Origin: an uncultured Acidobacteriota bacterium
GTDB taxonomy: Bacteria; Actinomycetota; Acidimicrobiia; Spongiisociales; ZC4RG35
DNA length: 64,000 nucleotides
Assembly (NCBI GenBank): GCA_963828465.1
Contig: CAWHEU010000025.1
Coordinates: 1-64,000 of the forward strand
Reading direction: 5' to 3'
A program made the position numbers and the translations under genes. The notes beneath the pieces were generated by a model that saw only the letters and a list, made by a program, of their open reading frames with translations, was not told the DNA's origin and made no database searches. Below, piece by piece: positions 10,586 through 20,857 of this stretch; position 1 is the stretch's first letter, and each line of letters begins with the position of its first letter.

Positions 10586-12067
10586 TCAGACCGTGAGCGG
10601 TCGGTTGGCCGGGATCTGGTAGATCTGCTCCCAAGGTCTGACCCGTTCGAAGGCCGCGCCGGCGGTGAGCACGTCGAGATCTGCGCCGCGTCTTCCGATG
10701 ACCTGCATCCCCACCGGCAGCCCATACGCCAGCCCTGCGGGGAGCGATATTGCAGGGTGGCCGGTGAAATTGGTGAAGTAGGTCATGCACCACCCGATGA
10801 GGGGGTCGACCTCCACCCCCTCGATGACGACCGGGCCCCGAGTCTCACCATTGGCGAGGTTCTCGACGGGCAAGCAGGCCAGCGTCGGCGAAACCAAAAC
10901 GTTGTATTCGCCCAGGACCGACTGCAAGGCGTCGTAGACGCGGGTGCGCATCGAATTGTCGTTGAAGTACTCCATCGCTGTCATCGATGCCACGTGATCA
11001 GCCCAACGCAGGAACTCAGGCGGTAGATCCGAGCGGTGATCGCCCAGGAGGTCGATCCCGCCAGCGGCCAGGTTGGCGAACGAATCGAGACTGAGCGGCA
11101 TGATGAGACGGCACCACAGGTCGGCCAGCTCGCGCTGGTCGATGTCGATCTCGAGATCGACCTCGACCACCCGGGCGCCGGCATCCTCGAACGCCCGGAC
11201 CGCCTCTTCCACGACGGCCGCCACGTCCCGCTGCACCGGGTAGACGCCGAGGTCGGGCGAATAGGCGATGTTCCACCCTTCGACTCCGCTGTCGAGACCG
11301 GCCATGAAATCGACGGTGTCGAGGGCGCAGTAGGGGTCTCCCGGATGTGGGCCACCGAGCACGCTCATCGCCAGGGCGGCATCCGCCACAGTCCTCGTGA
11401 TCGGGCCCTCGTAGATGAATGGAGAGACGCCCGAGAATGCGTTAGGTCTCAGGATCGAGGGAACACGACCGGCGGAAGGTTGATAACCCACGACGCCGCA
11501 CCAAGATGCCGGGATGCGGATCGACCCCCCGCCGTCGGTGCCCTCGGCGATTGGGACCAGCCCGTCAGCGACAGCGGCCGCCGACCCTCCGGAGGAACCG
11601 CCACTATTCCGCGTCGTGTCGAAGGGGTTGCGGGTCGGTCCGAAGAGGTAGTTGTCACAAGCTCCCCTGAAACCCATCGCCGGGCTGTTGCCCTTCCCGA
11701 TGATGATGGCGCCGGCCGCTTCCATCCGCTCCGCCCACACGCAATAGCCATCGATCGAGAATTCGGACATCGCCGGGATGCCTCCGAAGGTGGCCGGCCA
11801 CCCCGGCTTGAAGTCGAAGAGATCCTTCATGAGGACCGGCACGCCAAGGAGAGGACCACCCGACCGTCCCTGGGCCAGAGCTTCCTCGGCCGACCGTGCC
11901 GATTCCATGGCCTCGTCGAAACCCCGGTAGACGATGGCGTTGAGACTCGGCTCGCGCTCCTCGACCCTCCGCAAGGTCTCTTCCATGATTTCGACTGGCG
12001 AAACGTGGTGGCCGGCGATGTCATCGGCGAGCTCCACCGCCGAGCGGTAGGCCACATCAGCACCCAT
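10586..12067 (-). CDS. Amidase signature family protein
   Basis: MKDL catalytic Lys, [28 protein letters not shown]. Confidence 0.93.
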   Translation of the reverse strand: MGADVAYRSAVELADDIAGHHVSPVEIMEETLRRVEEREPSLNAIVYRGFDEAMESARSAEEALAQGRSGGPLLGVPVLMKDLFDFKPGWPATFGGIPAMSEFSIDGYCVWAERMEAAGAIIIGKGNSPAMGFRGACDNYLFGPTRNPFDTTRNSGGSSGGSAAAVADGLVPIAEGTDGGGSIRIPASWCGVVGYQPSAGRVPSILRPNAFSGVSPFIYEGPITRTVADAALAMSVLGGPHPGDPYCALDTVDFMAGLDSGVEGWNIAYSPDLGVYPVQRDVAAVVEEAVRAFEDAGARVVEVDLEIDIDQRELADLWCRLIMPLSLDSFANLAAGGIDLLGDHRSDLPPEFLRWADHVASMTAMEYFNDNSMRTRVYDALQSVLGEYNVLVSPTLACLPVENLANGETRGPVVIEGVEVDPLIGWCMTYFTNFTGHPAISLPAGLAYGLPVGMQVIGRRGADLDVLTAGAAFERVRPWEQIYQIPANRPLTV

Positions 12068-12119
12068 GATTCCCCAGTCGCGGAGTCGGATTCAGAGGCG
12101 GCGACTCTATCGAATGGAG

Positions 12120-12134
12120 TGGCAAACGTTTTCA
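12120..12134. promoter_or_regulatory. Candidate LacI operator, class A (TGGCAAACGTTTTCA)
   Basis: AAACGTTT core between the divergent amidase and LacI genes. Confidence 0.7.
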
Positions 12135-12166
12135 AGAGCAAGCGGCTCCGCGGTTACCCTGCCTCG

Positions 12167-13234
12167 GTGTCGTCGAAGACACCGATCTCATCACCCAACG
12201 AGGAAGAAGCGGCCCACTCACTCCGCCATGTCGCACAATTGGCGGGGGTATCCGTCGCCACGGCATCACGGGTGATGTCTGGATCGAGTCATCCGGTGAG
12301 CACCAAGACCCGTGAGCGCGTGCTGTCCGCCGCCGACAGGCTCTCATTCGAGCCCAACCGATTGGCGCGCGCACTCGTCACCGCCAAATCACAGACCATC
12401 GGCGTCATCGTGCACGACATCTCGGATCCCTACTTCGGGGAGATCGTCAAGGGCCTTGAAGACGGCCTTCATTCCGAGGACTACAGACTCTTCGTTGCGA
12501 GCTCCGACCGGGATCCGGTGAAGGAGCTCGACTACGTCCGGGCTTTCCACGCCCATCAGGTCGACGCCATCGTCTTTGCGGCGAGCTCACTCACCGACCC
12601 TTCATACGCCGAGACCCTCGAAAGGCTCTCGGCACGATTTCGGACGCGGGGAGGCGTCATCGTGGTGCTGTCCGACCACCTTCTCGAGGGGCCTCGCGTC
12701 AGGTTCGACAACCGGCGGGCGGTCGCCGACATGATCGGCTACCTCGTCGGGCGGGGCCATCGTCGCGTCGGCTATATCAGCGGTCCTCCGGAACTCCTCG
12801 TATCGGGAGTCAGACTGGCCGGCTTCACGACCGCCGTTGCCGAATTCGGGCTCGCCACCGGGCCGCAATACATCGCCAATGGGGGATTCACGGTGACCGG
12901 GGGTGGGGCGGCGATGGGCCAGCTCCTCGAGGATGTCGACGTCACGGCCGTAGTAGCCGCCAGCGACCTCATGGCGATTGGGGCAATGCGTCAGCTGCTG
13001 GCCTCAGGTGTCGCTGTCCCGGAGGAGATGTCGGTCGCCGGCCTCGATGACATCCCGATAGCAGAGTACGGCCCTGTCCCCCTCACCACCATGCGGGTTC
13101 CGACCTACGAGATCGGCCGACACGGGGCATCACTTCTGCTCGAGGCGCTGGCCGGTGAGACACCCGATGACGTAGTTCTCAGCGGCGAGATCATCGAGCG
13201 GGAGTCCGTCGCCACCGTCGAGACGCCGGGATGA
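12167..13234 (+). CDS. LacI family transcriptional regulator (regulon A)
   Basis: HTH SLRHVAQLAGVSVATASRV, PNRLARAL hinge, PLTTMRVP. Start probably GTG 12167, 6 nt after TACCCT; the 732-aa ORF is an antisense extension. Confidence 0.92.
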   Translation: MSSKTPISSPNEEEAAHSLRHVAQLAGVSVATASRVMSGSSHPVSTKTRERVLSAADRLSFEPNRLARALVTAKSQTIGVIVHDISDPYFGEIVKGLEDGLHSEDYRLFVASSDRDPVKELDYVRAFHAHQVDAIVFAASSLTDPSYAETLERLSARFRTRGGVIVVLSDHLLEGPRVRFDNRRAVADMIGYLVGRGHRRVGYISGPPELLVSGVRLAGFTTAVAEFGLATGPQYIANGGFTVTGGGAAMGQLLEDVDVTAVVAASDLMAIGAMRQLLASGVAVPEEMSVAGLDDIPIAEYGPVPLTTMRVPTYEIGRHGASLLLEALAGETPDDVVLSGEIIERESVATVETPG

Positions 13235-13285
13235 GCGTCGCTGTTGACTGCCTTCGGGCCGCTCGGTACGGTGCCGGACAGTCGC

Positions 13286-13301
13286 GGTAATCGTTTGCCA
13301 T
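13286..13301. promoter_or_regulatory. Candidate LacI operator, class A (GGTAATCGTTTGCCAT)
   Basis: Shares the ATGGCAAAC half-site (reverse complement) with the 5587 site; upstream of the SDR operon, with TTGACT at about 13244. Confidence 0.6.
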
Positions 13302-13341
13302 TTCTCCCTGGAGAACGCAGACCCCAGAGAAAGCAGACTCA

Positions 13342-14115
13342 TTGACCCTGTCCGTGTTCAAGCCCGATGCCCTGGCCGGCCGGGTGGTCCTCGTCACCGG
13401 GGCCAGTCGTGGCATCGGTGCCGCTATCGCCAAGGGCTGCGCAGATGCGGGGGCCGATGTGGCGGTCGGCTATCTCGAAGGAACAAAAGGCGCCGAAGCA
13501 ACAGTGGCGGAGGTTCGCGCCCTCGGTCGGGATGCCGATGCCTTTTCTGCCGATGTTCGGGATCCTGACCAGGTCGAAGGCATGGTCGCTGCCGTCGTCG
13601 ATCGATTCGGGAGAATCGACGGGCTCGTCAACAACGCCGGCGTGATGCCGGAGAGCCCGGTGTCGGAGATGACATTGGACGAGTGGCGGGACGTGATCGA
13701 CGTCGATCTGACCGGTGCGTTCCTGTGCAGCCAGGCCGCTCTCCCCCACATGCTGGGTCGTGGCTCGGGCTCGATCGTCATGATCTCTTCGCGGCTGGGC
13801 CAGATCGGCTTTGCGGGTGTGGCCCATTACGCGGCAGCCAAGGCCGGATTGATCGCCCTGGCCAAGTCCCTCGCCAAGGAGGTGGGACCGCAGGGGGTCA
13901 GAGTGAACACCGTCGCCCCTGGTGTGACCATCACCGAGATGACATCCGACATCACAACGGGCGACGTGGGACAGAAGCGCCTCGCCGAGCTCCCCTCAGG
14001 CCGCTTCGCCAACGCCGATGAGGTGGCGGCCAGCGTGGTGTTTCTGCTCACCGACGCCGCGGCCCTCTATCACGGGCAGACGCTGTGTCCGAACGGTGGG
14101 GGCCACATGCCATGA
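13342..14115 (+). CDS. Short-chain dehydrogenase/reductase (FabG-like)
   Basis: TGASRGIG, NNAG, YAAAK. Confidence 0.92.
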   Translation: MTLSVFKPDALAGRVVLVTGASRGIGAAIAKGCADAGADVAVGYLEGTKGAEATVAEVRALGRDADAFSADVRDPDQVEGMVAAVVDRFGRIDGLVNNAGVMPESPVSEMTLDEWRDVIDVDLTGAFLCSQAALPHMLGRGSGSIVMISSRLGQIGFAGVAHYAAAKAGLIALAKSLAKEVGPQGVRVNTVAPGVTITEMTSDITTGDVGQKRLAELPSGRFANADEVAASVVFLLTDAAALYHGQTLCPNGGGHMP

Positions 14116-14137
14116 GCGCGACGAGTAGACAAGCCCC

Positions 14138-15697
14138 ATGAGACTGATCACCGCGGAAGAGGCGGTTCGCGCCACGCCCGACGGGGCAACTGTGATCATC
14201 GGCGGGTCGGGGGCCGGTCATTCTCTGCCCCAGCTCTTCATCGACACCCTGGCCGAGGTGTTTCGGTCTGAGGGGGCGCCCAAGGACCTGACCACGGTGC
14301 GGGTTGTCGGCATCGGCGACTTCGCCGACCGCGGATTCTCCCAATTGGCCCTGCCGGGCCTCATGCGAAGGACCATCGGATCGAACATCGGAAACGAGCC
14401 GCGTCTCGGTGAGCTCGTCGAGCAGGGCCTTGTCGAGGCTTATTCCTTCCCCCAGGGTGTTCTTTCTCAACTCTGTCGGGAGATCGCGGCCGGGAGGCCA
14501 GGATTGATCACCGCAGTGGGACTCGACACCTACGTCGATCCCAGGCAGACCGGGGGCAAACAAGGAACCGCCACCGAGGATCTGGTGGAGGTGGTCGAGC
14601 TGGCCGGCGAGGAATGGCTCTTCTTCCGTGCGTTCCCCATCGACGTCGCCGTGATCCGCGGCTCGACCATCGACGAGGATGGGAGCCTGACCATGGAAGA
14701 CGAGGCGGTTAGAGGCGAGATGCTGGCCATGGCGATGGCGGCCCGGAACTCGGGAGGCATCGTCATCGCCCAGGCAAAGCGCCTCGCCGCCGCTAGGTCT
14801 CTGCCAGCCCGGTCAGTCGTGGTCCCGGGAGCCCTCGTCGACCTCGCCTATCTCGACCCCGAGCAGACCCAGACCTACGCGACGGTCCATTCCCCCTACT
14901 ACTCCGGCGCGCTGCGACGACCGAGCACCGACGCAGGTGACCCACCACCACTCGATGTCCGCAAGGTGATCGCACGGAGGTCATTGCTCGAGTTCCGGCC
15001 CGGGGACATCTGCAACCTCGGATTCGGGATCAGCCAGATGATCGGCGCCGTCTCCTGGGAGGAGGGAATCGCCGATCGGCTCGTCCTGACAGTCGAGCAG
15101 GGAATGTTCGGTGGTGTCCCGGTAGCCGGCAACGAAGGAGGTGCGGGCTTCAACTTCCAGGCGATGATCGACCAGCCGTACATGTTCGATTTCTACGACG
15201 GCGGAGGTCTCGACATCGCCAGCCTTTCGTTCGCCCAAGTCGACGCGTCCGGCAATGTCAACGTCCACAAGTTCCCCGGTCGTCTGCGGGGACCGGGTGG
15301 CTTCCCCAACATCAGCTCTCGAACGGGCCGTATCTGTTTCGTCGGCACACTGACCACATCCGGTCTGAGCGTGGGCGTGGCCGACGGGCGTCTTCGCATC
15401 GAGTCCGAGGGGACCCTTCCCAAATTCGTCGAATCTGTCGACGAGGTGAGCTTCAGCGGGGCGACGGCGAGCCGTCGAGGTCAACATGTCCGGTACATCA
15501 CGGAGCGGGCGGTGTTCGAGCTCCGGGATGGGAAGGTGACCCTCATCGAGGTCGCCGAAGGTCTCGATCCTCAGACCGACGTGATCGCTCACATGGGGTT
15601 CGTCCCCGAGATCTCCGACGAGCTCACCACGATCGACAAAAGGGTGTTCTCGGAGGGACTAATGGGTCTGGCCGAGGAGTTCGGGATGAGTCGATGA
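14138..15697 (+). CDS. Acyl-CoA:carboxylate CoA-transferase (YdiF/Pct-type, fused family I)
   Basis: PQGVLSQL, GLDTYVDPR, NLGFGI, catalytic Glu in TVEQG, GPGGFPNIS, YITERAVF. Confidence 0.9.
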   Translation: MRLITAEEAVRATPDGATVIIGGSGAGHSLPQLFIDTLAEVFRSEGAPKDLTTVRVVGIGDFADRGFSQLALPGLMRRTIGSNIGNEPRLGELVEQGLVEAYSFPQGVLSQLCREIAAGRPGLITAVGLDTYVDPRQTGGKQGTATEDLVEVVELAGEEWLFFRAFPIDVAVIRGSTIDEDGSLTMEDEAVRGEMLAMAMAARNSGGIVIAQAKRLAAARSLPARSVVVPGALVDLAYLDPEQTQTYATVHSPYYSGALRRPSTDAGDPPPLDVRKVIARRSLLEFRPGDICNLGFGISQMIGAVSWEEGIADRLVLTVEQGMFGGVPVAGNEGGAGFNFQAMIDQPYMFDFYDGGGLDIASLSFAQVDASGNVNVHKFPGRLRGPGGFPNISSRTGRICFVGTLTTSGLSVGVADGRLRIESEGTLPKFVESVDEVSFSGATASRRGQHVRYITERAVFELRDGKVTLIEVAEGLDPQTDVIAHMGFVPEISDELTTIDKRVFSEGLMGLAEEFGMSR

Positions 15698-16473
15698 GCG
15701 GTCCAGATCCGATCGTGGTCGAAAGCGGGCCGATTACGACGATTCGACTGGAGAACCCGCCGCTGAACCTCGTCACCGTCGAGCTCACCAGGGCCCTCGA
15801 CCGTGCCCTGGCCACTATCGAAGGCGACCCCGACGTCCGTTGTGTGGTGCTGACGGGCACCGGCGATCGCGCCTTCTCCGCGGGGTCGGATGTCAAAGAG
15901 TTCGAGTCGCTCCAAGGTCGGGTGGGTGAAGGCAAGCTGCTCCTGGAGAAGGCCGTCTACCGACGGATTGCCCGGCTCCCCGTGCCAACGATCGCCGCCA
16001 TCCAGGCCGACGCCCTCGGTGGCGGTCTCGAGCTGGCAATGTGCTGCGATCTGAGGGTGGCCGACGAGCGGGCGAAGCTCGGCCTCCCCGAAGTTCGCCT
16101 CGGGGTGATGCCCGGTTCGGGCGGCACCCAACGGCTCCCCAGAATCGTCGGGATCGCCAAGGCCAAGGAGCTCATCCTCATGGGAGAGATCATCAGCGCA
16201 TCCGATGCCCTCGCGATCGGATTGGTGAACAGGGTCGCCGCCGCCGGCCGAGCAGTCGACGATGCGATGACCATGGCGGAAACCATCGCCGAGCGTGGGC
16301 CGCTGGCGGTACGCGAGGCGAAGCAAGCCCTAGACCTGGCCGGTGACATGCCGCTGGACGAGGGGATGGCTCGCGAGCTCGATGCCTCCGAGCGGATCTT
16401 CGCCTCCCGGGACATGTTGGAGGGGGCACAGGCATTCTTCGAAAAGCGGCCGCCCCGGTTCACCGGTCAGTGA
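15694..16473 (+). CDS. Enoyl-CoA hydratase/isomerase
   Basis: FSAGSDV, ALGGGLELAMCCD, GLPEVRLGVMPGSGGTQRL. Confidence 0.93.
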   Translation: MSGPDPIVVESGPITTIRLENPPLNLVTVELTRALDRALATIEGDPDVRCVVLTGTGDRAFSAGSDVKEFESLQGRVGEGKLLLEKAVYRRIARLPVPTIAAIQADALGGGLELAMCCDLRVADERAKLGLPEVRLGVMPGSGGTQRLPRIVGIAKAKELILMGEIISASDALAIGLVNRVAAAGRAVDDAMTMAETIAERGPLAVREAKQALDLAGDMPLDEGMARELDASERIFASRDMLEGAQAFFEKRPPRFTGQ

Positions 16474-16503
16474 CCGGCGGTCTTACGAGAGGTGGATCAT
16501 GAA

Positions 16504-17526
16504 ATGACTGATGGATCCAACATCGAGCGGTTCGGAGTGTTCCTCCCCTCGTTCGTCTGGCCTTCGGATGGACCGGAACGGGCCCGAGGGATCCTCGATT
16601 TCGCACGCGAGGTCGAGAACGCCGGCTTCGACTCGATATTCATCACCGACCATCTGTTCGCCGCCAAGCAGTTCTACTCGGTCTCCTTCCTCGAGCCTCT
16701 GACCGCTTTGTCTTTGGTGGCGGGAGTGACCGAGCGCGTCAAACTGGGCACGTCGGTGATGGTCATGCCGATACGCGAGCCGGTGTTGCTGGCGAAGCAA
16801 CTGGCCACCCTGCAGTTCCTCTCCAACAACCGGGTCGTGCTCGGGGCCGGGATCGGGTGGTACCCGCCTGAGTACGCCGCCACCGGGGTCAAGAAGTCGG
16901 AGCGGGGTCCCCGCACAGATGAGATCCTCGAAATCATCGTGCCCCTGCTCGAAGGGAAGACCGTCACCTACCAAGGCCGGTTTTACTCGATCGAAGACGT
17001 GCTCATCGAGCCCCGGTCCAGTCGACGGCCGGAAGTGTGGATCGGAGGCGGCTCCCAGCTGGCCGACCCCGGGTCGCCCGATCTCCCCCGCCTCGTGGAC
17101 GCCGTCAAGAAGCGGATCCTGGCCGCCGAGGGGTGGGTGCCCCGGCCGACGTGCCCACCCGAGGACATCGCACGAGATTGGGAGGAGTTGCAGGTCTATT
17201 TCAAGGAAAATGGCCGCGATCCCGCCGACCTCATCATCGCCCATGAGAACTTCTTTCACTTCGTCGGCACCGAAGACCCCAAGCGTGCTCGCCAGGAACA
17301 GCACGAGGCAATGACCAAAGTGATGAGTGAGGCACGGGGTCCGGCGTACCTGGAGCGGGTCTACCTCTTCGGGACGCCCGACGAGGTGGTGGAGTCACTT
17401 CAGGCCAGGGTCGATGCCGGTGTCCAGAGTTTCATGCTCCACACCATGACCCCGGACCCCGCTCAGCTCGAGCAGTGGGCAACCCACATCATCCCCCATG
17501 TTCGGTTTCCCACAGCAGCCGGGTGA
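16504..17526 (+). CDS. LLM-class flavin (possibly F420)-dependent oxidoreductase
   Basis: GFDSIFITDH, LEPLTALS, KLGTSV, LAKQLATL, GAGIGW, WIGG. Confidence 0.88.
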   Translation: MTDGSNIERFGVFLPSFVWPSDGPERARGILDFAREVENAGFDSIFITDHLFAAKQFYSVSFLEPLTALSLVAGVTERVKLGTSVMVMPIREPVLLAKQLATLQFLSNNRVVLGAGIGWYPPEYAATGVKKSERGPRTDEILEIIVPLLEGKTVTYQGRFYSIEDVLIEPRSSRRPEVWIGGGSQLADPGSPDLPRLVDAVKKRILAAEGWVPRPTCPPEDIARDWEELQVYFKENGRDPADLIIAHENFFHFVGTEDPKRARQEQHEAMTKVMSEARGPAYLERVYLFGTPDEVVESLQARVDAGVQSFMLHTMTPDPAQLEQWATHIIPHVRFPTAAG

Positions 17527-18371
17527 CGCAACGAGTCGCACTCATCGGCAACCCGCTGAAGCGTCGGCATTCGGCGGTGATGCACAACGCCGCCTTCGCC
17601 GCTCATGGCATCGACGCTTCCTTCGAATTACGGCCGATCGGCCCGGAGGACCTCACCTCTTTCTTCGCGGAAGCGCGCGGAGAAGATTGGCTCGGCTTTG
17701 GGGTGACGGCGCCCTACAAGCAGGCCGCGATGAACCATCTCGATGAGATCGAGGAGGGTGCCACAGCAATCGGCGCGGTGAACAATGGGGTGCGACGTGA
17801 TGACGGTGCCCTCGTCGGCTTCAACACGGACGCATCAGGGTTCATAGCTGCCGTGACATCGACAGGCGTTTCGGTGGCCGGTCACCCGGCGGTGGTGGTG
17901 GGAGCGGGCGGCGCAGCCCGAGCCGTGGTCTGGGCACTCCTCGACGCAGGCGTCGAGAAGGTGCTCGTGGCCAACCGGACTCCGGAGCGAGCCAGGGACC
18001 TTGCCGAGCACCTCTCCACATATGGAACGGTCGAGCCAGCCCCACTCGAGGGCCGGGCATTGGCCCAAGCACTCGGCTCATCCGCCATCGCCGTGAACGC
18101 CACCACGATGGGGATGACCACCGACACAGTCGCCCTCGACGTGGCCGCGTTGCCCGAGACCGCCCTCGTCTTCGATTTGGTCTACGTCCCACCCGAGACT
18201 CCGCTGGTCCGTGCGGCGTCGGCCCGCGGGCTCGCCGTATGCAACGGGCTGGAGATGCTGGTGCGCCAGGGCGAGGTCGCGTTCGAGCGGTGGACCGGCA
18301 TCGGATCAACAGCCGACATCATGCGAAGCGCCCTCGAGTCCTGGATACCGGGGTCGGAGACCGAGAGCTGA
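17523..18371 (+). CDS. aroE: Shikimate/quinate dehydrogenase family protein (AroE paralogue)
   Basis: VTAPYK, GAVNN, GFNTD, GAGGAARA, ANRT, DLVY, GLEMLVRQG. Confidence 0.85.
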   Translation: MTQRVALIGNPLKRRHSAVMHNAAFAAHGIDASFELRPIGPEDLTSFFAEARGEDWLGFGVTAPYKQAAMNHLDEIEEGATAIGAVNNGVRRDDGALVGFNTDASGFIAAVTSTGVSVAGHPAVVVGAGGAARAVVWALLDAGVEKVLVANRTPERARDLAEHLSTYGTVEPAPLEGRALAQALGSSAIAVNATTMGMTTDTVALDVAALPETALVFDLVYVPPETPLVRAASARGLAVCNGLEMLVRQGEVAFERWTGIGSTADIMRSALESWIPGSETES

Positions 18372-18372
18372 G

Positions 18373-19605
18373 TTGACCCGCCGCATCGATCGTGCGTTGG
18401 AGCAGGCCGGCCTACCTCTTCTGGAACGCTCGGTATGGGTCGAGGTAGACATCGACCTGCTCACCGCCAATGCCGTGGCATTGAAATCTCTAACACGACC
18501 CGCAGCGTTGGGTGCCGTGGTGAAAGCCGATGGCTATGGCCATGGGCTCGAGATGGCAGGACGATGTGCGGTCGCCGGCGGTGCCGTATGGCTCTGCGTA
18601 GCCGACGCCGCCGAGGCAGGCCGCCTCCGTCGTGATGGCTACCCGGGCAACCTCTTCGTGCTCTACCCGGTGCCTCCGGGGATCGCTTCGAAGATGGCAA
18701 GCCTTGCGGTCGACGTGACCGTTGGCAGCAAGAGTGAGGCGCGAGACATCGCCGACCACCTGACTCCCGACGACCCGGCCCTTCGGGTGCATCTGGAGAT
18801 CGAGACCGGGATGACACGGGGAGGCTTGAGCCCCGAGGATGCCCTCGACGCGGCCACTGCCATCGACGAAGGTCGGACGACCACCCTCGCCGGAGTGTGG
18901 ACCCATCTGGCAGCACCGGAGAACACCCCGGCGACCGACCGGCAGCTGACCCTGCTCGATTCGGTTGTGGACCGGATCACACGGGCCGGGATCGACCCGG
19001 GTGCGGTTCATGCCCTGGCTTCGGGCGGGCTGCTCGCCACCGTCATGGAAGGACACGCTTTTGTGAGGCTCGGTCTGGCTCTTTACGGCTTGCATCCGGG
19101 CGCCGGGCGGCCGCTGCCACCGTCCGTCCGCCCCGCCCTCTCCATCAGGGCGCATCCGGTGCGCATCGCCGAGGTGCCGCCAGGGACGGCGGTCGGTTAC
19201 GCCGGGACGTGGATCGCCGAACGGGTGTCGACCATCGCCACCCTCCCCATCGGGTATGCGGACGGGTGGTCCCGGTCCTCCTCCCCGGGCACGTCGGTTC
19301 TCGTGGAAGGGCAGCGTGCACCGGTGGTAGGCCGGGTGTCCTCGGACTCTCTCACGGTCGACGTCACCGAGATCGAGGGCGTCGAGCCGGACTCGGAGTT
19401 CACCCTTCTCGGGAGCATGGGCAACGACGTGATCACCGCCGATGATGTCGCCGACGTCCGGGGAACCATCTCCTGGGAGGTCCTCCAGCAACTCGGCGCC
19501 AGGTTGACCCGGGTCTATGTCTCCGGCAGCGTGCCGGTCGCTCTTCGCCCCGAGTCGACGATCGAGATCACGACGGCACCCGGGACGCGCCTACCCGGCT
19601 ATTGA
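18373..19605 (+). CDS. alr: Alanine racemase family PLP enzyme
   Basis: AVVKADGYGHG PLP-Lys motif, ETGMTRGG, WTHLA, VGYAGTW, PIGYADG. Confidence 0.88.
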   Translation: MTRRIDRALEQAGLPLLERSVWVEVDIDLLTANAVALKSLTRPAALGAVVKADGYGHGLEMAGRCAVAGGAVWLCVADAAEAGRLRRDGYPGNLFVLYPVPPGIASKMASLAVDVTVGSKSEARDIADHLTPDDPALRVHLEIETGMTRGGLSPEDALDAATAIDEGRTTTLAGVWTHLAAPENTPATDRQLTLLDSVVDRITRAGIDPGAVHALASGGLLATVMEGHAFVRLGLALYGLHPGAGRPLPPSVRPALSIRAHPVRIAEVPPGTAVGYAGTWIAERVSTIATLPIGYADGWSRSSSPGTSVLVEGQRAPVVGRVSSDSLTVDVTEIEGVEPDSEFTLLGSMGNDVITADDVADVRGTISWEVLQQLGARLTRVYVSGSVPVALRPESTIEITTAPGTRLPGY

Positions 19606-19646
19606 GCGCCTGTTTGTCGGTGCCCTACCTCGGGCGTAGCATCCGC

Positions 19647-19660
19647 GGATAACGCTTTCC
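19647..19660. promoter_or_regulatory. Candidate LacI-type operator (GGATAACGCTTTCC)
   Basis: CG-centred imperfect palindrome just downstream of TAGCAT (-10-like) and upstream of the AGGAG RBS of the DUF993 gene. Confidence 0.45.
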
Positions 19661-19677
19661 TCGATAGGAGAACCTTC

Positions 19678-20844
19678 ATGTCATCCAGGGTGACGATCCC
19701 GCTCGAAGATGGTTCCCTGATCGTTCACTCCCTCGGCGAGCCGGCCCACTTCGAACGTCCCACGGGTCCACTGCAAAGTCGGCGCGCCTTCGCAGCCGTC
19801 CACGTCGTTGCAGATCCGCGGGCAGAGAACACCCCGGCGTCGGGTGCCAACATCGATTGGGACGCCACCATGGCCTTTCGCCGCCATCTCTGGTCCTGGG
19901 GATTGGCCGTGGCCGATGCAATGGACACCGCCCAGCGCGGGATGGGTCTCGATTGGCCCAACACCAGCGAGCTGATCGTCCGCTCGTTGCGTGAGGCGAA
20001 AGCAGAAGGCGGGGACATCGCCTGCGGGGCCAACACAGACCAGTTGCCGGATGTGCCGGCAACAATCGAGCGCATCGTGGACGCTTACCACGAGCAGATC
20101 GATCTCATCGAGAGCAACGGAGGACAGCCGGTGGTGATGGCAAGCCGGCATCTTGCCGCCGTCGCCTCGGGTCCCGAGGACTATCGCCAGGTCTACTCCG
20201 AGGTCCTCGGGCGGGTTTCCGGCAAGGCGATCGTGCACTGGCTCGGGGATATGTTCGACCCGGCTCTCGCCGGATATTGGGGATCACGAGATCTCGACGA
20301 GGCCTCGGACTGCTTCATCTCGGTCCTCGAGGAGAACGCGGCAAGGATCGACGGAGTCAAACTCTCCCTTCTGGACAGGGACCGCGAGATCGGCCTCAGA
20401 CGGCGTCTGCCTGGAGGTCTCCGCATGTACACCGGGGACGACTTCGACTATCCGACCACCATCAGAGGCGACGGTGACCGGCACAGCGACGCCTTCCTCG
20501 GGGCTTTCGACTTGATCGCCCCGGCCGCCTCGGCTGCGATCCAGGCTCTCGACAACGGGGAGATGGAGCAGTTCGACAAGATCCTCGCCCCGACCCTTCC
20601 TCTGAGTCGACACGTCTTCTCCCACCCAACGTATTACTACAAGACCGGCGTTGTCTTCATGGCCTATCTATCCGGTCACCAGGACCATTTCCGAATGGTG
20701 AATGGTCTCGAATCCGCGCGGTCGATCGTCCACCTCTCCCGTCAGCTGACACTCGCCGACCAGGCCGGGCTCCTCCCGGACCCTGACCTGGCTGCCCATC
20801 GCATGAGATTGGTCCTCGAGCTGGCCGGGATCAGCCAGTCGTAG
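19678..20844 (+). CDS. DUF993 family TIM-barrel protein (often labelled DHDPS-family)
   Basis: AFAAVHVVADP, IDWDATMAFRRHLW, AMDTAQRGMGLDW, HWLGDMFDPALAGYWG, YTGDDF. Confidence 0.85.
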   Translation: MSSRVTIPLEDGSLIVHSLGEPAHFERPTGPLQSRRAFAAVHVVADPRAENTPASGANIDWDATMAFRRHLWSWGLAVADAMDTAQRGMGLDWPNTSELIVRSLREAKAEGGDIACGANTDQLPDVPATIERIVDAYHEQIDLIESNGGQPVVMASRHLAAVASGPEDYRQVYSEVLGRVSGKAIVHWLGDMFDPALAGYWGSRDLDEASDCFISVLEENAARIDGVKLSLLDRDREIGLRRRLPGGLRMYTGDDFDYPTTIRGDGDRHSDAFLGAFDLIAPAASAAIQALDNGEMEQFDKILAPTLPLSRHVFSHPTYYYKTGVVFMAYLSGHQDHFRMVNGLESARSIVHLSRQLTLADQAGLLPDPDLAAHRMRLVLELAGISQS

Positions 20845-20857
20845 GGAGCCGCTGACC

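Noticed and set aside
11036-12166. Apparent 732-aa LacI fusion
   Set aside because: The N-terminal part is the antisense frame of the amidase gene; the HTH begins after 12167.
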